Assembly (NCBI RefSeq): GCF_040938485.1
Contig: NW_027270920.1
Span: 1,178,001-1,242,000, forward strand
From: Diadema antillarum
Lineage: Eukaryota
Direction of reading: 5' to 3'
DNA length: 64,000 bases
In this document: positions 11,960 through 26,281 of the stretch, piece by piece
Position numbering within the stretch: the stretch's first letter is position 1
Layout of the letters: every line of letters begins with the position of its first letter
Notes under the pieces: generated by a model
Databases searched by the model: none
Told to the model about the DNA's origin: nothing
The model's input: only the letters and a program-made list of their open reading frames with translations
Made by a program: the position numbers and the translations under genes

Positions 11960-13585
11960 TATTTCATTCAAGTACAAGTAAATATTTTCAGTATGTTTTG
12001 AACATGAATGATAGACAGATTTTAATCCAAATGTGTATTCAGCTATATTCCGAGTATTTAAATCGCCAAGTATACGTTGGAAATTTACACCAGTGCACAC
12101 TTACAACTAGACTCATATTAGTAGAAAGTAAATTCATGCCTAGGAAATTAATGATACCAACAAGGTATCCTACTAGCATCAAATTTGAGCTAAAATGACC
12201 ACACAGGTCCTTTCACTACCGCACAGCCTTATGCTATTCTGGACAAGTCAACATCCAAATATTTTTCGGCTATGGGAGTATGTGTCGGGGGGGGGGGGGG
12301 GGGGGAGAGACTGCGTGTTTACTATATACATGATTCATACAAATAACTTTTCTCCCTTGTCATATACTAGTAACATTTTCCCTGCGAAAATCTTTTTAAG
12401 ATAAAATGAAAATCAACGAAATCTACTGTACACCGTATTCTGCTATTTTGATGATACAGGAGCTCGGCATCTTGACATAGAAGTGGACAGCGGTAACACG
12501 ACACACTTTTATTTCTGGCTATAAACACGACATATGAAAATACCATTTTTGGTAGTTGGTAGTGTCTGCGTCATGAGGAGGTGTACAGAGGATAAAGTTT
12601 GGCAGGGTTTTTTTTTTGGAGGGGTTGTTTATTTGTTTCATCATGTACTATAATTGTCTTAAAGGGATGGTACAGTTTTGTGGAGATGAGAATTTGGCCT
12701 TTTTTTGCGAGATACCAAGAAAACACTTATGAAATAGTACAGACCATACCATTTTAAGAGGAATTCAAAGTTTATTTGATGAAAATCGGGTTTGGAATGA
12801 CTGAAACATCTAAAAACAAAGTAAAACAAAGGTGGGTCCCACACTGTATTAGAATCGCTGTGTGTTAGATATCACAACCATTTCAAAACCAATTTTCATC
12901 AAATGGAATTGCATGCTCTTTCATATTTCATAAGAGGTTTCTCATTATCTCACCAAAAAAAAAATAAAAACTTGAAATTAGTAAACTATAGGATCCCTTT
13001 AATATCAGCTAATGCATTTTACGAGACCTTTACTCATAAAACGACGTATCTCTGATATGATAAAATCCGTATGAACTCCCTTGCTACATACCGTGCTAGG
13101 GTAAAGAAGTGCATAAGAATATGTTCTCAACATAAATAGATGTTGTGTCGGTGGATTCATTTCATTTTCAGATCATACTTAGATCGATGTTAGGTTTCAC
13201 TATGACATATGAAAATGTAAATCAATCCCACTGAATTATCACACCCACATCATATCAATATTAGTCTAAGTATTATTATTTGACCATTGAAATGTTGGTT
13301 TGATGATTATGAATATTTAGCATATCAGACGGAGCACCGACTACCAATCATGTCAAATTTCAAGCCTGACTTATTTTCTCGTTAGTTTCCTAATGAATTC
13401 AAAATTTCAATATCTTTCGTCCTATTTGGACTCAACGCCTTCCCTGCATGGTACCCCTATCCTACATCACCAACTCAGTCGACCCTTGACATAGAATATT
13501 GAAAGGTAACTGACAAAACCAGCGCTAAAACTGAAATTCAGGAATGGCGTTAGCAAAAATTGAGCAAGTGCGGAGTTTTCGTCAC

Positions 13586-13690
13586 CCCTTCTTTGTTCGA
13601 TTTAGGTTGACGCCAGGTCAAAGTTTCACATTCATACTTATGGCGACATTTTCTCAGTAAACTTTTGATCATGGTCAAGGTCAATTTCAC
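13586..13690. repeat. Dispersed repeat pair 13586-13690 and about 16255-16350
   Basis: Shared ttctttgttcgatttaggttga...tttcacattcatactt.tggcgacattttctcagtaaa...atcatggtcaaggtcaat. Confidence 0.6.
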
Positions 13691-14216
13691 ATAAATTTGT
13701 AATCATGGGAGCAAGTAGAAGGAATGATAAAAAGGAAATAACTCTACAGACCTTTAAAATAGCGAGGTAAAGGGGAAATCATTCTTCGAAACTCACTAAA
13801 CGATGCCAATGCAGAAGAGAAAGTACAAATATAGGTGAATATCCCCTCCCACTCTCCATTTGCCCCCCCCCCCACACACACACAATGGTATCATAAACAA
13901 ATGCTGATAAAAAGAAGATAACATCTCTTTATAAACAATTTTGCACTGCCAAAATGCTGTGGCTTCATAACAACATCATCTAGCATAACACCATCGATAA
14001 CATAACATGACATATACTACTCAATGAGCACAAATGCAAGCGATTGAAAAAATAATAATCACTTTGATATTCTGCAAAAACACGCGAATTTCTGCACTGA
14101 TATATTGTGAGTAGAGCTTGAAATGAATGATACTTAAAATGGTAACGAGGCTACATAGATCACACCTACCAATATGATAACACGCAAAGGAGACGGTTGC
14201 AGTCACTTGTTCCAAA

Positions 14217-14907
14217 TGTGACCGTGCACCTCAAAACGAACATAAAGTCGCACACACTGATTTTGCATGAGGACTGAAAATAAGTGAAATGGGTCAACCT
14301 AGCCGAACTTGACTTTTTCATATTTTCTGAAAGAGCGGGTCTTCCTTTACATTATGCTAAAATTTGGTATCATAAAACGGGCAGGAAAGTGTGTTTTTTT
14401 AGCAGTTTCTCTCGAACATTTTTGGTAGACTCGTGTGATTAGGTGTGTCTTTAGAATCCCTTTTTCATTTCTGAAAAACCTTGTCCACACTCTTCACTTT
14501 CAACTCTAATAACTTTTGAAAGGATAGTGCTACTGCTTTGAAAGTTGGCATTAATTATGGACAGAATGTGTTAATGAGGCGTGCTTAATTTCAATTTAAT
14601 CTAATAATCCCTTCATTGTGGTTACTCTGGTGGTTTACGTCCTGTTTTTTGTCCCATTCATTGCACAGCCAGCACGGTTTGGTAAAGATTAAGCGCTTGA
14701 ATAGACACTGTACTTCAGAGCCTCTTTTCTCAGTTCACATTTTTCCTGAGTTTGTGCTTTCTTTCCAATATTTAGATAGGTTAGGAGAGTCCATTTGATT
14801 TGAGTTATACATCATTTTAAAGCTGAAAGTCTGCTCTTTCAGAATATGGTCTTAACTAAAAATTCATGTCTGGCGACTTTTTGTTTGTTTTGAGGTGCAG
14901 AGTCACA
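14217..14907. mobile_element. About 690-bp MITE with ~35-bp TIRs
   Basis: Left tgtgaccgtgcacctcaaaacgaacataaagtcgc versus right reverse complement tgtgactctgcacctcaaaacaaacaaaaagtcgc. TSD unclear. Confidence 0.7.
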
Positions 14908-17140
14908 AATGTTTGTTACTCCGAAAATGAAATATAATGGTTCGTAATTCTGAATACTCGATAGTACGCACCCTCTGTTCCTTTCGGATTAAAGAACCAC
15001 GCTTTATTTTCGGGTTAAAAAAAATTCTTCAAAATAACGCTCCTTATTCCATTTTCGAATTAACCAACCTCTGGTGTATGCCACACATATTGAAATTAAC
15101 GAATGTATAGGAAATTTGTGTATTTCCAATTTAACAAACCTTCGGAATAGCGAACATCGCCCAACAAGATCACATTAAGTACTGAGGACACTGATAATTG
15201 ACCACGTAAGGTGATTGAGAAATAACTTGCACGATTCTGTGATATTAATGTGACTAACAAAAAAAACATGTCAACTGAACATGCAAGTTATGCTGACTCG
15301 AGGGGAAGGCGCGTTCCAATGTGTTTTGTTATACATTTCAGTACTTTAGCAATGATTGACAGATGAAGTCATCTGAGGAATATTGGTTTAGAAGGATTTT
15401 TTGGTGGGCGTTCCCAAGTAATCTAAAGGAAAATAGGAAAAAAGTCGTTGAAAATATATGGAATATTTCTAGATATTCGTTTCATCACAAAGTGATGTTG
15501 AGGGTATCATAAATCAACATAAATCAACATGCATTTGGATTGCAGGGGCTCTTTAAGTAGGTCGCGTCATTATCCTTTTTTGCTGCCAATCAAGCACATT
15601 TTGTTCAATTCTGACTGACACCCACGGCATCAAACTAGATTATTCATTTAGACATATTCCATTTTTCATACCAACCAACCTTCGGAATAATGCCACAAAT
15701 GTTGAGATTAACGAATCCTATCTTATTCCAGATCAAACGTCTTTAGGTATAGGAAATTTGTGCGGTTCCGATTATCGCCCAACAAGACCCCACTATCGTA
15801 CTGCGTACACTGATGATGGACCACATCAGGTGACTGAGAAAGTTGTACAAAGTGTCATAAAAAGAAAATGAGAATTACGGATATTAAAGTTTCCACAAGT
15901 CATGATCACAAACAAACGCAAAAAAAAAGACTCAATGACATTATATAACATCGAGGGAGATTACAACCCATCGTGCATTAGTAGTATTAAGTAGGTCGTC
16001 TCATTACCTTTTCTGCTATCAATCAAGCACATTTTGTTCAATTGTGAATGACATCCATGGCATCAAACTAGATTATGAAGTTACTGCACTATTCTAGGTT
16101 TGATTACATCGTAAAGTTGACTAACAGCAAATGATTATAAACATGATATTCGCGGATGACAAAGAAGTCGAGTCGAATTGTGTATTCCTCACGGCAACAC
16201 ATTTAATTTCTTTGAAAATTATATAGGATTAATGACAAAATTTTTCATCATCCTTTCTTTGTTCGATTTAGGTTGAAACGAGGTCGAAGTTTCACATTCA
16301 TACTTTTGGCGACATTTTCTCAGTAAATTTTTTTATCATGGTCAAGGTCAATGGCAACTCAATCGGTAATCATGGGAGCCAAGAATAAGGGATGTTAAAA
16401 AAAAGAATAACTCTATACACCTTTTGGTTGGGATAAAAAAAAGATGATTTGAAAACTATTACTGTGTACTCTGTGTTCAATACCTCATCCTTAGAGGTAT
16501 CAATCAGGTGAGGCCATGTTCACAATCTCCCATATTAAACCTGCTCGGCAGCCGGGTTGCGAGTGTCTATTTGTAAGCAATTTTGCTGGGTCAACCGACG
16601 AGTGACGGAAAATAGACAGGAGTCCGCTTGGGCATCGCAAGGCAGTCAGCCTAATAATTCCACCAGACCGGACATCGGTCGGACACCTCTCGCATTTGTA
16701 ACATTGGCATATACGTATTTTCTCTAACATTTATGGACTATGGTTACCATTGTTACTTGGGCTTCTGATGTGATATTGCTTCTTTTTCTGCTATCAAGAG
16801 AGTCCATCTCCAACACGTTGGTACTTCAACTCTAACGACAATTCTTTACAGATATGAAATGAAAATGGATTTGAATTAACATGTTTGATGAAATTGATGA
16901 GATCTGTGAGCCCATGGAGGTTCAATTTAGTGAATCCGATCACAGCTAAACCTCTGACTTATGCAGTGTGCATCAATTTGGCAAATTCCTTTCTATACCT
17001 ATGGACATATACAAATCAAAGTACCAGACATTATCCTAACCTGATCGCAAAGAATGCATTTTTTTATGTAATATGATAACGCGAAGAAAAAAGGCAAAGG
17101 ACTAGAGGGTGAGCAGGGAAAAGAGAGGAAAGTGAAGATT

Positions 17141-18487
17141 TCAAAGCCTTTGTAGGCGCCTGCAGAAAATCTGCACGAGCGCACGGCGAAATAACGGTTG
17201 TGCTAGCGCATAAGCTATAGGATTGATAGTGCTGTTGCAGAAAGATATCCAAAGTGCTGATTCCCGTAGCGTCGTGGCGAAGGGCAGGCTTCGGAACCTC
17301 GGGCGGTCACTGGACGCGAATATAAGAACGACGATGTTAGGGAGCCAGGTTACGAAGAAGGCCGCCACGATTAAGGTCAATGTACGTAGAGCCTTGATAT
17401 TAGTTTTCGATGGTATTCTCCGTTGATTTATCCCAGCCAGGGTTTCCGACATGTTCTCGGCGTAAACCGGGCATGCCGGGTGACATTTCTCAGGCGACTC
17501 TAATACACTGATTTCGTCCACTGTTGATATATTTGACATCTTCGGACGAATTGTTTCGGCGGATTTTAACTGCTTGACCACAACTTTGTCTTCCCTCATC
17601 TGAGGAGGCAATCTGTTAGAAACATAAGATGTTTCAGGGGCAGCACACCGATTGGTAATCTTCTTACTCCGTGGAGATCTACCCAAACGGTTCTTCTCTA
17701 TCGGTCTTACACTTGGTATGGTTTCATTCACAGTCATATCAATTCCTTCAACCTGACAAACAGATTGTTTTTGGAACGTAAAATCCTGTGAACACTTAGT
17801 ACTCATCCTAACTTGAAGGTAAATCCTTAGGCAAAGTGGGACAAGAATAAAGAATGGAAGCACAGCCCGCAGTATCACGACTACTGTGCTCGATAAAATC
17901 GACTGCGCATAATTAGGCTCACATAAACCCGATGCAATTACACGACCACTTGGACTGATCAAGTCCCAAACAGTGCTTATTCCCATCCAGACCACCAGTG
18001 GAATCACCCACGTCAAAACGTTGACCAATGTAGCGTTTTTCTTGCCCTTCAGTCGATAATGGTGTATGGGAAACGACGTTGCGAAATATCGATCCATACA
18101 TATCACCACCATACACATAACAGACACTCCGCGGAGAGCATTCTGGAGGCCGTTATCAACTTTGCAAAAAACTTCTCCTAGAATCCAGGTCCCGTTAAAT
18201 AGAAACATCTGCGCACGAAACGGCATACAGACTAACCCGACCAGGAGATCTGCCACCGTCATGTTGAAGATGTAGTAATTGCAGTATGTCCACAATTTCT
18301 TCTCTGCCCAGAAGGCCAGGAGAATTAGCAGATTTGCGATGATTGTAATGAACATGATGCTGAAGAGGACCAAAGCTTGCCAGGTGACTGTAGGATGAAT
18401 CGCAGTCAAGGGGAGCATTGTTTTTGTACCGGTGTCATTGGTCCACTCTCGACTCTCTGCGATCTCTGCGACAGAACTGTTAACCAT
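17141..18487 (-). CDS. Class A GPCR paralog A3, 448 aa
   Basis: Intact ORF with DRY, FFVTWLP and NPIAY; closely similar to A1, A2, A4 and A5. Confidence 0.95.
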   Translation of the reverse strand: MVNSSVAEIAESREWTNDTGTKTMLPLTAIHPTVTWQALVLFSIMFITIIANLLILLAFWAEKKLWTYCNYYIFNMTVADLLVGLVCMPFRAQMFLFNGTWILGEVFCKVDNGLQNALRGVSVMCMVVICMDRYFATSFPIHHYRLKGKKNATLVNVLTWVIPLVVWMGISTVWDLISPSGRVIASGLCEPNYAQSILSSTVVVILRAVLPFFILVPLCLRIYLQVRMSTKCSQDFTFQKQSVCQVEGIDMTVNETIPSVRPIEKNRLGRSPRSKKITNRCAAPETSYVSNRLPPQMREDKVVVKQLKSAETIRPKMSNISTVDEISVLESPEKCHPACPVYAENMSETLAGINQRRIPSKTNIKALRTLTLIVAAFFVTWLPNIVVLIFASSDRPRFRSLPFATTLRESALWISFCNSTINPIAYALAQPLFRRALVQIFCRRLQRL

Positions 18488-20289
18488 CGTGTAGCAAATG
18501 CTGGAAAGGGGAAAGTACTCATGATATTAAAATGATGACCTTAACTGCAAACCCTTCATTATCAAATTGAGATGATTTTTCGTTCCATATTCTTGGCTCG
18601 TTTTATCTTTGAGATTGACTTTGTATGTTTTTTCGTTGAATGTCGCCTGGTAGATTTCAGGAAATTACTTCATATAATTTCGTTTCTATTCTGATAAAAG
18701 GAATTACAGTAGCTACTAAATTTTTCATATTTAGTTGAACAAATGAAAAAAATTGATGAAGGAATTACTATTTCAAGTAGAGATGATTAGGCGGCCGAAT
18801 TCTTTGATAACAGGCGTTTTCCCTATGGGGTTATCAAAAGCATGCTACGCATTATTGCAAATAAGAAATGAAGCGCATCTTGCAGAAAGTCAGCTAGCTG
18901 TTATTTATGAAAATTCCCTCTGTTGACGTTTATCGTTTGTCAACTGTGAAACAAGATTGGACCACCTGTTTTGTCTTGTCTTGTCCTAATAAATAGTGAG
19001 AAAGGACGTACCTCCAAAAAGCCTGCAATGGACAGCAAATTCCTGGTTGTCGTGAAGAACTCTCAGTTAGTATAGGATGTAGGCCAGAATATCACAGGTA
19101 CATTGTCACGAAACTAACTTTAAAGAGCCAATCTCGTTCTTGTCGGATAAAAGCGCAAACCTAAGGCCACAGTGTTTCAACCGAAGCCTCCCCGCCTTCT
19201 TATCCGTTCCTTTCCCCCTTCAAGATCGTAACTGACAGATAGCCGCGCCCATAAGAACCCTTTTAACTCCTGACGACATTGAAATCTCTCTGTTGAACAT
19301 GCGTCATCTTATTTTTTGTGTTGCGACATTTTCTTCATTGTGTCCAAATGCATTAAAAAAAAAACATGCATTTCATCGTAGTATTTACAGTTGAGAAGAC
19401 TTTTAGTTCGTTTTGAATAGATCGGCGATAATGGATGTACAAGCATTTGATCTCTCATTGATGTCTAAACTCAAAGCACGTAAGGTACGCAAGAAGACAA
19501 AGAAAGACTTACAAACCGATTTCTTTAGGTATCTCATTAGTGATATGTCCTTGAAGCTTGAATATTATTTTGTGTGTCGTAAAAGACGTTGATTTTATTG
19601 TCTATTCTCCAAAGTATGGAAGAAGAGCTCACGCTGCAGTATAATAACTCAATTGATGTGAGGCCATACAATTTTTATTCAAGACTTATTGTCTGTTAAT
19701 GGACCCTGTTACTTTCAGTAGGAACCTTTTTCAGAGTAGACTCATTCATCGTCAGTAATACTTGTTTCGCCCGTTCTCTCAGTCATAAAGGGCAGCAGCC
19801 AATAAGGAATAGCAACGCAAAGTTCCTTTCTTAGCTTTATAACTTTGAAATCTACCTCCCAGTGTTCAGTATAGATACCTTAATGCATATCTTTTTAAAG
19901 AAATACACTTTGATTCATTAGGTGGGATGGATAAGACAATTTGTATCACTGTGTCCATTTGAATGAACGCGTAACTAATTTTCCAAGAGAGATAATGTCT
20001 GAAGCTAAATCAATAGGAATACACAAATATTGTCAACTCTCAATAAAAACTACTTGAAACATTACCCTTTATGTATATGTAAATCAATGTGAATTGAAAT
20101 TCCTTTGTTTCAGTGGAGTGGCGAAATGAAGTTCGTTTATGAGCATCGCGTAACTGCCAAGCTAATGATATGTGTTAACATAATACTTACATCCTTATAG
20201 AATCTAAACAAATGAAATCAATGTGGACATCTGTCCACGTATGTCTATGTCTACACAACCAGCTGAATGGCTACTCTATCACTAGCGTA

Positions 20290-20513
20290 TCAATAAAACA
20301 AATTCAAGATAATATGACGAAACAATGTATGAGCTACCGCATGCGCAATGAGATTGGCGGTGCTATTAAAAATGCAGACCAAGTCCCAAGCTCCCGCAGG
20401 TTCAAGGCAAAAGATTAGACTGTAGAATCAATATATCTGCGGCTATCAACATTAAGATTTTGCTGCTTGATACTCATGTCATGAAGAAGACAGCCACTAC
20501 AGGCCTAATGTTC
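20290..20513 (-). pseudogene. B-type GPCR fragment (TM6-TM7-helix 8) in unit 3
   Basis: The minus strand reads, across frameshifts, TLGL.VAVFFMT*VSS...LRELGTWSAF.NSTANLIAHAVAHTLFRHIILNLFY. Compare TLTLIVAAFFVTWLP...LRESGRWISFCNSTINPIAYALAQPLFR in the intact genes. Confidence 0.75.
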
Positions 20514-20559
20514 GAGAGTTTTGTTACAGTCTGAGCGAAAGTATGACAAAGTATGAGCG

Positions 20560-20850
20560 AAATGAAATAAGTTTCGTTATTCCGAAGGTCCGAAATTCTG
20601 CAATATATGAAATATAGGGTCATTATTCAGAAGGTCGGTAATGCAAAAATGGAATTAGGTACGTAATTTCAAAGGCTCGCTGACACGCACTTTCAGTTCG
20701 TTACGGATTAACGAGCCTTCGGAACAACGAACCTGCGGAAAACGCCAAAAATGTTGGGATTAGCGAATCCTATTACATTTGTGTGTTTCGGAATAACGAA
20801 CTATTGAAATAATGACCTTGATTCATTTTTTTCTAAATTAAGAACCCTCT
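20560..20850. repeat. Interspersed repeat made of ttcggaataacgaac-like subrepeats (also about 14930-15160, 15670-15790 and 26545-26960)
   Basis: The motif ttcgga(a/t)taacgaac recurs in both orientations. In units 3 and 4 the repeat sits where the 5' part of the B-type GPCR should be. Confidence 0.6.
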
Positions 20851-22456
20851 GGATTATCGTAGTGTGGACACTGATGACAAGTTGACTGAGAAAGTATTAC
20901 AGTGTCATCCAAAGAGAATGAAAATTACAGACAAGTTGACACAGGTCAGCCATGACCCTAAATAAACATGAAACGTCTCCACGATAGGCCTATGAATGTC
21001 ACATCGAGGGAGATTACAACATGTCGAACATACGTTGTGAATAGTATGAAGCATTTTTCATAATTACTCTCTTCTTCTTTTTATGTGGAGATCAAGCACA
21101 TTTTTGTTCCATTCGAAACGATACCATAACATCAAGGTAGACTATTAGCTACACTATGTTAGGTCTGATTGCATCATAAAACTGACTTACATCAGATGAT
21201 TCCATACATGATTCATTATACATATAATGCACGGGTGAGAGTGCTTAAATAAGTGGAAATACAGAGCGCTCGAGCGTATTGGAGTTGTATGGTTGTATCA
21301 ATTGTGTCTCGTCTCGCCCTCCATATATTGGTGAAGCATGCAAGCCGAAATTGCAAGAAATTGTGAATACCCGAGAGTGAGCTGCATCTCCATGATGTCA
21401 TGAAATTAAATCTGTGCATTATTTGTTTTATAAAGTGAGTCGAAAATCAATCGCATTTCTTCATGTACCTTTATGGGTTAATGACAGTCAGCTACATGGA
21501 TAATTTTCTCAAAAGTCAAGATGTCCGAAGATGTTTGTTCAATACACTCGACAAGAATTGTACTCCAACAAATGCGCAAGGCACGAAATAGACATTGTTT
21601 ACAGAAATAAGCGATTGAGAACGCACGACGCGCCTGTAATAGCTGTTTGATTGCGTACTGCTAAAGTATGCATTGTGACGTCAGTGAGCGCGCATTTAGC
21701 TTTTTCTGTAATGTGTCACAGGATAACACGCCGTGCAGCTTTTTCGTTGCACACCTTTTTGCACGGCTGTGTAAAGAAAATGAAGAGTACACAGATGACT
21801 CATTTCTGTGCTGTTGGTTGACTACATTCTCAAAACCCATATATATATATATATATATATCATGTATTTTCCGTCGAGAAATACGAAAATTAAATTGAAA
21901 TTGAAATTGAAATAATCGCGGATAACATTGTAAACGGGTCAAAAAGTATGTTCCTCACTGTCAACGCATTTTTGGTGATTAGGCATGACCCCAAAATACC
22001 CTGCATAGCATGTCTCCTTGCGAAATACTCATATTATAACCTATGGGAGGAAGGGACTTTCGTCAGAGTGGTTATTAAACTTACAAAGCTGTCAAATGAG
22101 ATATCGATTCATTTCGGTAGCCTCACTATTTCACTGCAGAGGCTTCTTTTCTCAGTGTAATTTTTTTTGGAAATAAAACTTCGACAGTCAAATTTCTTTA
22201 CATGGTTTCTCTGCAAAATAAAAGAAATGCTTCAGAATCGCATTCGTCGATCCGGCGGACCTCATCTAACAATCTAAAATCTAAAAATCTAAATTTTGAT
22301 ATAATCCTATATATATATACATACATAATTTTGATAATGTATCATTATTTTCTCTGTCAATAGGTATACTGTACATCAATTAAACTAGCAATGCGTTACA
22401 TTAGGCAAACAAAAGGACTACACGATGAGCCGGGAAAAGAGATGTAGGTGAAAATT

Positions 22457-23866
22457 TCAAAGCTTAAACAGACGCCTGCAAAATATCTTCATGATGGTAT
22501 GGCGGAATAATGGTTGTGCCAAAGCATAGGCTATAGGATTGATTGTGCTGTTGCACAAAGATATCCATCGTCCTGATTCCCGTAACTTAGTGGCGAAGGG
22601 CAGGCTTCGGAACCTCCGGCGGTCAGTGGACGCATATATGAGAACAACGATGCTGGGTAGCCATGAAACGAAGAAGGCCAATACGATAAAGGATAGTGTA
22701 CGTAGGGCCTTATTATTTGTTTTCAATGCTATCCTCCGTTGATTGATCCCGGCCAGGGTTTCCGAGATGTTCTCGGCGTAAGCCGGGTGACGTTTCTCAT
22801 GCGACTCTAATACTCTGACTTCGTCTGTTGTTGACATCTTTGAGCTCTTGTCACGTCGTGAGCGCGAACTGGTTGGACATACTGTGTCAGCCGGTTTGGA
22901 TTGTTTAACCACCATTTTGTCTTCACTCATTTGTGGAGACCACCTGTCATTAACATGAGATGTTTCGTAGGCAGCAGACGTATTGGTAATATTATCACTA
23001 AGTACAGATCTACCAAAAGCGTTTTTATCTGTGTCTCCTACACTTGCTGTGGTCGAATTTACAGTCATAACAATTCCTTTAACGTGGCATACAGATTGTT
23101 TCTGAAACTTAAAGTCACGTGAACACTTACTAGGTAGAGTATCTTGCTCGAATTCCTTGATAACGTTGTCCTTCCACGAGCTATTAGTACTCATCCTCAC
23201 TTGAAGGTAAATCCGTAGGCATAGAGGGACAATAATAAAGAACGGCAACACGGCTCGCATGACAACCACAACTATAGTCGTTAAAACCGAATTTGCATAG
23301 TTAGCACCACAAAAACCCGCTGAGTTTACACGACCAACGGGACGACTTAAATCCCAAACAGTGCTTATTCCCAACCAAAACACCAATGGAATCACCCATG
23401 TTAAAACGTTTATCAAGGCGGCGTTCCTCTTACTCTTCAGCCGGTAATGTTGTAGGGGAAAAGACGTTGCAAAATATCTGTCTATACATATCACCACCAT
23501 GCCCATGACAGACACTCCGGGGAGAGCATTCTGGAGGCCGTTATCGACTTTGCAGAAAATTTTTCCCAGGATCCAAGTACTATTAAAGAGATACATCTGC
23601 GCACGAAACGGCATACAGACTAACCCGACCAGGAGATCTGCCACCGTCATGTTGAAGATGTAGTAATTGCAGTATGTCCACAATTTCTTCTCTGCCCAGA
23701 ACGCGAGGAGAATTAGTAGATTTGCGATGATTGTAATTAACATGATGCTGAAGAGGACCAAAGCTTGCCAGGTGACTGTAGGATGAATCGCAGTCAAGAG
23801 GAGCATTGGTTTTGTACCGGTGTCATTGGTCCATTCTTGACTCTCTGCGATAGAACTGTTGACCAT
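22457..23866 (-). CDS. Class A GPCR paralog A4, 469 aa
   Basis: Intact ORF with DRY, FFVSWLP and NPIAY; carries NALPGVS in TM3 and ESGRW in TM7. Confidence 0.95.
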   Translation of the reverse strand: MVNSSIAESQEWTNDTGTKPMLLLTAIHPTVTWQALVLFSIMLITIIANLLILLAFWAEKKLWTYCNYYIFNMTVADLLVGLVCMPFRAQMYLFNSTWILGKIFCKVDNGLQNALPGVSVMGMVVICIDRYFATSFPLQHYRLKSKRNAALINVLTWVIPLVFWLGISTVWDLSRPVGRVNSAGFCGANYANSVLTTIVVVVMRAVLPFFIIVPLCLRIYLQVRMSTNSSWKDNVIKEFEQDTLPSKCSRDFKFQKQSVCHVKGIVMTVNSTTASVGDTDKNAFGRSVLSDNITNTSAAYETSHVNDRWSPQMSEDKMVVKQSKPADTVCPTSSRSRRDKSSKMSTTDEVRVLESHEKRHPAYAENISETLAGINQRRIALKTNNKALRTLSFIVLAFFVSWLPSIVVLIYASTDRRRFRSLPFATKLRESGRWISLCNSTINPIAYALAQPLFRHTIMKIFCRRLFKL

Positions 23867-25418
23867 CGTGTAGCCGGTGCTGGAGAGGAGAAATGAGATA
23901 AGAATGATGACTTTAACTGCAAACCCTTCATTTTCAATTTGAAATGATTTTTCGTTCCATATTGTTGGCTCGTTTTATCCTTGAGATTGATTTTGTTTGG
24001 TTATTTTTCTTTGAATCCTGAATTCAGGGAATTGCTTCGTATAATGTATCTAACTGGTGATAGAAATAATTAAAGTAGCTATTAAAATTGTCTATGTTTT
24101 GTGAAGAAATGAAAGATTTAATGAAATAATTACTATTACAAGTAGAAATGATTAGGCGCGGCCAAATGTTTTGATAACAGGCGTTTATCCTACGGTTTAA
24201 TTCAAAGCCTGCTACGCATTATCATGACGAAGAATTAAAGTGTATCTTGCAGTAAGTTAGGTAATAGTTATTTCTGTTAATTCCCTCCGTGGACTTTTAT
24301 CTTTTGTCAACGGTAAGTAAGGTCGGACCAACTGTCTTGTCTTATCTTGATAAATATTGAGAAAGGACGTACCTCCAGAAAGCAAGAAAGCCTGCAATGG
24401 ACAGCGAAATCTTGACTGTCGTGAAGAACTGTCGATAAGTATAGGATGTAGGCCTGAATATCACAGGTACGTTGTCACGAAATAAACTTTAAAGAATAGC
24501 TCTCGTTTTGGTAGGAGCATAGCGCAAGGCCACAGTGTTCCAACGGAAGCCTCCCCTCCTTCTGATCAGCACTTCTCCCGTCTTCAAAACATTAACTGAC
24601 AGATAGCCGCGCCCATAAGAACCCTTTATCTCCTGACGACTTTGAAAATCTCTTTGTTGGACATGCGTCATCTTAACTATTTGTGTTGCGGCATTTTCTT
24701 CATTGTGTCCAAATGCATTTAGATGCATCTCATCGTAGTATTCAAAGTTGAGGGAGCTTTTAGTTCTTTGTGAATAGATCGGCGATGATAGATGTACAAG
24801 CATTTGTAATCGATCTCTCATTGATGTCTTTACTCAAAGCACGTAAAGTACGCAAGCAAGCAAAGAAAGACTTATAAGACAATTTCTTCGGATGTCTCAT
24901 TACTATGTCCTTGAAGTTCCGGAGAAATCAGACTTAAGCATTTTTTTTATTTTATTGTGTGTATGTCTCATGAAAGACGTTTATGGTCTATTATCAAAAG
25001 TATTCACTGTCGATGTGATCTAAATTCGAATGGAAGAAGAGCTCACGCTGCATAATAATAACTCAAATGATGTGAGGCTGTACAATGTGTATACAATATT
25101 TATTGTCTGTTAATGGACGCTGCTACTTTACCTTCTTTCGAGTAGACTCACTCATCGTCAAGTTCTTTAATACTTGCTTCGCCCATTCTCCTGGTCATGA
25201 AGGGCGTGCAGCCAACAACGGAAAGTTCCTGTCTTGGCTGTATTACTTTGAAATCAACTTCCCAGCGTTCAGTATAGATACCTTTATGCATATCTTTTAA
25301 CGAAATGAATTTTGATTCATTATCTAGCTGGGATGGATAAGTAATTTGTAGCACTGCGTCCATTTGAATGAACGTGTAACTAGTTTTCCGAGATATAATG
25401 TCTCAAGCTAAATCAATA

Positions 25419-26011
25419 TTGAATTCTTCTAAAATTGAATTCTTTAAAAAGAGATTGAAGATTTTTCTTTTGAAGTCTTTTGAAGCCTTATAATGCAACC
25501 GAATAAATATAATTCTGTAATGTATCTTCTTTCACTGTAGGCAGCGTCCTCTTGAGGCATCGACCATTTTTACCGCGTTTAGTATTTTTATATTCCATAC
25601 GTGCCCTCACGGTTACAATTTGTTCCGCTGGAAAGCAGCTCGACACTGTTTCACTCTCGAAAACGCTATTTGTCTCTGTGGGCTTCGCCCCTTTGGTGTA
25701 TGCATCAAAATAATTTAGGTTTTTTCTCTCTCTCTCTTTCTCTCTCTCTCTCTTCCTCTTCTCCCTATTTTCTGATCCCTATTATCACACCTTTGCTTTC
25801 TTTTTTCTTCTTTCTTTCTTTCTTTCTTTTCTATTCCCGACTTTCCCAGTTTCCCGCACTCTTTGTAGTTGTAAGTTTTTCACCCCCTTTACTTCCCCTC
25901 TTTCCCCCTTTCCCTCAGAGGTACCCACATGTTACAAGCATGGTCTTTTGAGTGGGTACCTCCACTTTTTTTTTTCACAGAGTGTATTGAATTTGAATTT
26001 GAATTTGAATA
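25419..26011 (+). mobile_element. About 590-bp retro-type insertion specific to unit 4
   Basis: Unit 3 has an uninterrupted tcaataggaatacac. Unit 4 has the same site split, with aata on both sides and a (ttgaat)n tail at the right end. Confidence 0.55.
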
Positions 26012-26281
26012 GGAATACACAAATATTGTCAACTCTCAATAAAAATCTCTTGCAACTTGCTTTTTCTGTACATGTAAATCAATGTTAATTGAAATTCCTT
26101 TGTTTCAGTGGCGAAACGGAGTTCGTTTATGAGCATCGCGTAGCTGCCAAGCTAATGATTATGTGTTAACATGTCCTACATACCTAAAAAATTATCTAAA
26201 CAAACGAACTCAATGTGGAAACCTGTCCAATTAAGTTATGTCTACACATTGGACTGAATGACTACTCTATCACTAGCGTGT

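Noticed and set aside
11496-12198. 124-aa and 145-aa ORFs
   Set aside because: They run through a MITE and AT-rich DNA, with no recognisable domain.
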